Below, one piece after another: positions 62,190 through 64,000 of a stretch of DNA of 64,000 nt. Location: contig JAJZRE010000004.1 of assembly GCA_021802945.1 (NCBI GenBank), forward strand, positions 818-64,817, in the 5' to 3' direction. The notes under the pieces are model-generated. The model ran no database searches, was not told the DNA's origin, and worked only from the letters and a program-made list of their open reading frames with translations. The DNA is from Pseudomonadota bacterium (GTDB taxonomy: Bacteria > Pseudomonadota > Gammaproteobacteria > Burkholderiales > Thiobacillaceae). Positions within the stretch are counted from its first letter, which is position 1. Each line of letters begins with the position of its first letter. The position numbers and the translations under genes were made by a program.

Positions 62190-62431
62190 AAAACGGCAAA
62201 CGCGTTGCGATTGGCGCCCGCCCGCCTGCCAACCCGCACGCGGACGCCTGGGTGCGCCAGGGCGATGGTGCAGACATCGGCAAAGCCGATCTCTACACCG
62301 CCCGGCTGACCCTCGACGTGACGCCGGCGCTACGCGCCCGCATCAAGATCGAAGCCTTCACACGCAACCTCACAGTCGCCGAGATGTTGCGCGCGCTGCT
62401 GGAACATCAATTCCCGGAAAAGCAGCCATGA
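62186..62431 (+). CDS. ParG-like ribbon-helix-helix partition protein
   Basis: ADAWVR, YTARLTLDVTPALRARIK; overlaps the parA stop. Confidence 0.82.
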   Translation: MKNGKRVAIGARPPANPHADAWVRQGDGADIGKADLYTARLTLDVTPALRARIKIEAFTRNLTVAEMLRALLEHQFPEKQP

Positions 62432-62961
62432 ACGCACGCCCGCAAGCGGTCAACGATGCGCCACCCCTACCCCATCCCGTGCTTTCCAGCATCACGAACG
62501 ACACGCCGCTGACGCGTGTATCGCTGGCGTTCGTCAAGCACCGGATCAACGTCTACCTGCGCTTCGGTCACCCGGTGCGTGAACTGCGGATGGATCGCTG
62601 GCGGCGCTACGCGATCTTCACACCGGCGGCTGTGTTCTGCCGCGTGCGCTGGGAGTCCAACGACTATGGCACGACACGCTGGCAGCTCATGGTGCTGCAG
62701 GCGTGCACGCCACTCGATGCGGTGCAGCGCATCGCCGGCATCCAGCCGGGTGCGCACCTGCTGCTGTGCGCCGAGGGTGAACGGCAGGTGCAGTCGGTTT
62801 TGCCGCAGATCGACGCCATCGAAGCACTCGGCATCGATCCGGTAGCGGTATCGACCGCGTACTGGAGCACGTTGGGCAACCGGCTTTCTGCGCGCCTGCC
62901 GCTGCCGGCTTACACGGTCGAGCGGCATGCTGCCTACCTCGCTGGCGAGGTGTTGCGATGA
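62428..62961 (+). CDS. DUF2840 family protein
   Basis: LRFGHP, VRWESNDYGT, IDAIEALGIDP. Confidence 0.85.
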   Translation: MNARPQAVNDAPPLPHPVLSSITNDTPLTRVSLAFVKHRINVYLRFGHPVRELRMDRWRRYAIFTPAAVFCRVRWESNDYGTTRWQLMVLQACTPLDAVQRIAGIQPGAHLLLCAEGERQVQSVLPQIDAIEALGIDPVAVSTAYWSTLGNRLSARLPLPAYTVERHAAYLAGEVLR

Positions 62962-63476
62962 ACACCCGTCGCCTGCTTGTCTTGCTGTTCACCGTCCTCG
63001 GCATCGCTGCGCTCGCCTGGCAGTCGGTTCATACACCAGTTGCGCGCATCGTCTACAACCCCAGCGACAGCGTCCCGCCTGGCTGGTACCGCATCGGTGC
63101 GCCCCACTCGCTGCACGTCGACAGCATCGTGCTCGCCAGCCTTCCGGCAGACGCCGCTGCGCTGGCTGCGCAGCGTGGCTACCTGCCTCTGCATATCCCG
63201 CTGCTCAAGCGCGTCGGCGCGATGGCGCCACAGCAGGTTTGTATCGAGAAGCACATCGTTCGCATCGACGGCGTGGCGGAAGCTGTCGCCCGCACAGCCG
63301 ATGGCCGTGGCCGTCCACTGTCGGCCTGGCAGCACTGTCGGCGGCTTCATGATGGCGAACTGTTCCTGCTCAGCTCGACCAGCCCAGCATCATTTGACAG
63401 TCGCTATTTTGGTCCCGTTGCTGTCTCCGCCGTGATCGGCAGCGCGCAAGCATTATGGACGTGGGACACGCCATGA
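62958..63476 (+). CDS. traF: S26-family conjugal transfer peptidase
   Basis: YNPSDSVPPGWY, LLKRV, SFDSRYFGP. Confidence 0.9.
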   Translation: MNTRRLLVLLFTVLGIAALAWQSVHTPVARIVYNPSDSVPPGWYRIGAPHSLHVDSIVLASLPADAAALAAQRGYLPLHIPLLKRVGAMAPQQVCIEKHIVRIDGVAEAVARTADGRGRPLSAWQHCRRLHDGELFLLSSTSPASFDSRYFGPVAVSAVIGSAQALWTWDTP

Positions 63477-63795
63477 ATGTGCAGTGGTGTTTGCCAATTC
63501 TTGTGCAGTCCCACTGCACGTCGCTTGCCACACAGCCTGCAGCTGCGGTGCTTCATCCGTGCAGACGATCGCAGCCAGCCCGTCGGAGCCGGTCGCGCCA
63601 GCGATCGGGAAAGACGGAGGGCAAGATAAAAGGACGCGGCACTTCGTCTCGTCAAAAGGCTTGTCTGCACGTGGGTTGGCGCGGCACGCGCGTCGGGCGG
63701 CCGTGTGCCGCGTGCGGCGCGAAATCCCCGCCCGTGTTGGCCTATCAGCGTGCTTCGCCCGCTGGACTTGGCGGTGCCGCGCTGGAGTTCATGCC

Positions 63796-64000
63796 ATGAG
63801 CAAGCAGGACGATGACCGTTTCCGCGTCCGCCCCAGCGCACCCAAGAACCGCCAACAGAAGTTCGTCTCGCAGGTTTTGAAGGAGGTCAGCAAGGCTGGC
63901 GGCAAGTCGGTGCGCAAGTCGGGAGCGCGGCCTGGCGCACGCCTTGGGCGGGGGCATGTGGCCGCCCGTTTTACCGGCCGCTCTGCGCAGACGGGATCAC
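63796..64000 (+). CDS. VirD2/RlxS-type relaxase, 5' part
   Basis: MSKQDDDRFRVRPSAPKNR...FVSQVL...RPGARLGRGHVAARF; position after traF; frame open to the window end. Confidence 0.75.
   Translation, partial: MSKQDDDRFRVRPSAPKNRQQKFVSQVLKEVSKAGGKSVRKSGARPGARLGRGHVAARFTGRSAQTGS

Larger units (their letters stand above)
52953..64000 (+). mobile_element. Tn4371-family ICE backbone (continues beyond the window)
   Basis: Gene order radC-parB-DUF736-DUF2958-XRE-DUF2958-DUF2285-HTH-repA-parA-parG-DUF2840-traF-relaxase. Confidence 0.88.

Noticed and set aside
63480-63795. Exact oriT/nic site upstream of the relaxase
   Set aside because: The position is plausible but I could not identify a nic sequence with confidence

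Overview
High-GC (probably betaproteobacterial) DNA in three blocks. (1) About 0.9-37.1 kb is a Mo-nitrogenase island: nifA; nifB-fdxN-hesB-...-nifZ-nifZ-nifS-nifT-degT-like-fdx-SIR2-like; aer; rrf2 divergent from receiver-draT-draG-ArsC/SagB-rhodanese/ankyrin; and nifHDKENX-DUF269-fdxB-nifQ-modABC, followed by a glpQ-like gene, hipBA, a truncated haemoglobin and a Rieske gene. Sigma54 promoters and NifA UAS elements are readable in the sequence. (2) About 37.2-52.7 kb is a scarred junction (70-bp duplicated fragment; a guaA-3'-end-like att core with integrase arm-type repeats) followed by a dense toxin-antitoxin and candidate anti-phage island. (3) 52.9-64 kb is a Tn4371-family ICE backbone (radC, parB, DUF736, DUF2958 x2, DUF2285/FseA-like, RdfS-like, repA, parA, parG, DUF2840, traF, start of relaxase). 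The most notable observations are three nif-linked proteins that appear to have lost their catalytic residues (DegT without the PLP lysine, SIR2 without the NADase Asn/His, receiver without the phospho-Asp), four different gene-less repeat hairpins at cistron junctions of the nifHDKEN-mod run, the att-like junction, and several uncharacterised nuclease-like gene pairs. All family calls come from motif recognition by eye; no database searches were run.
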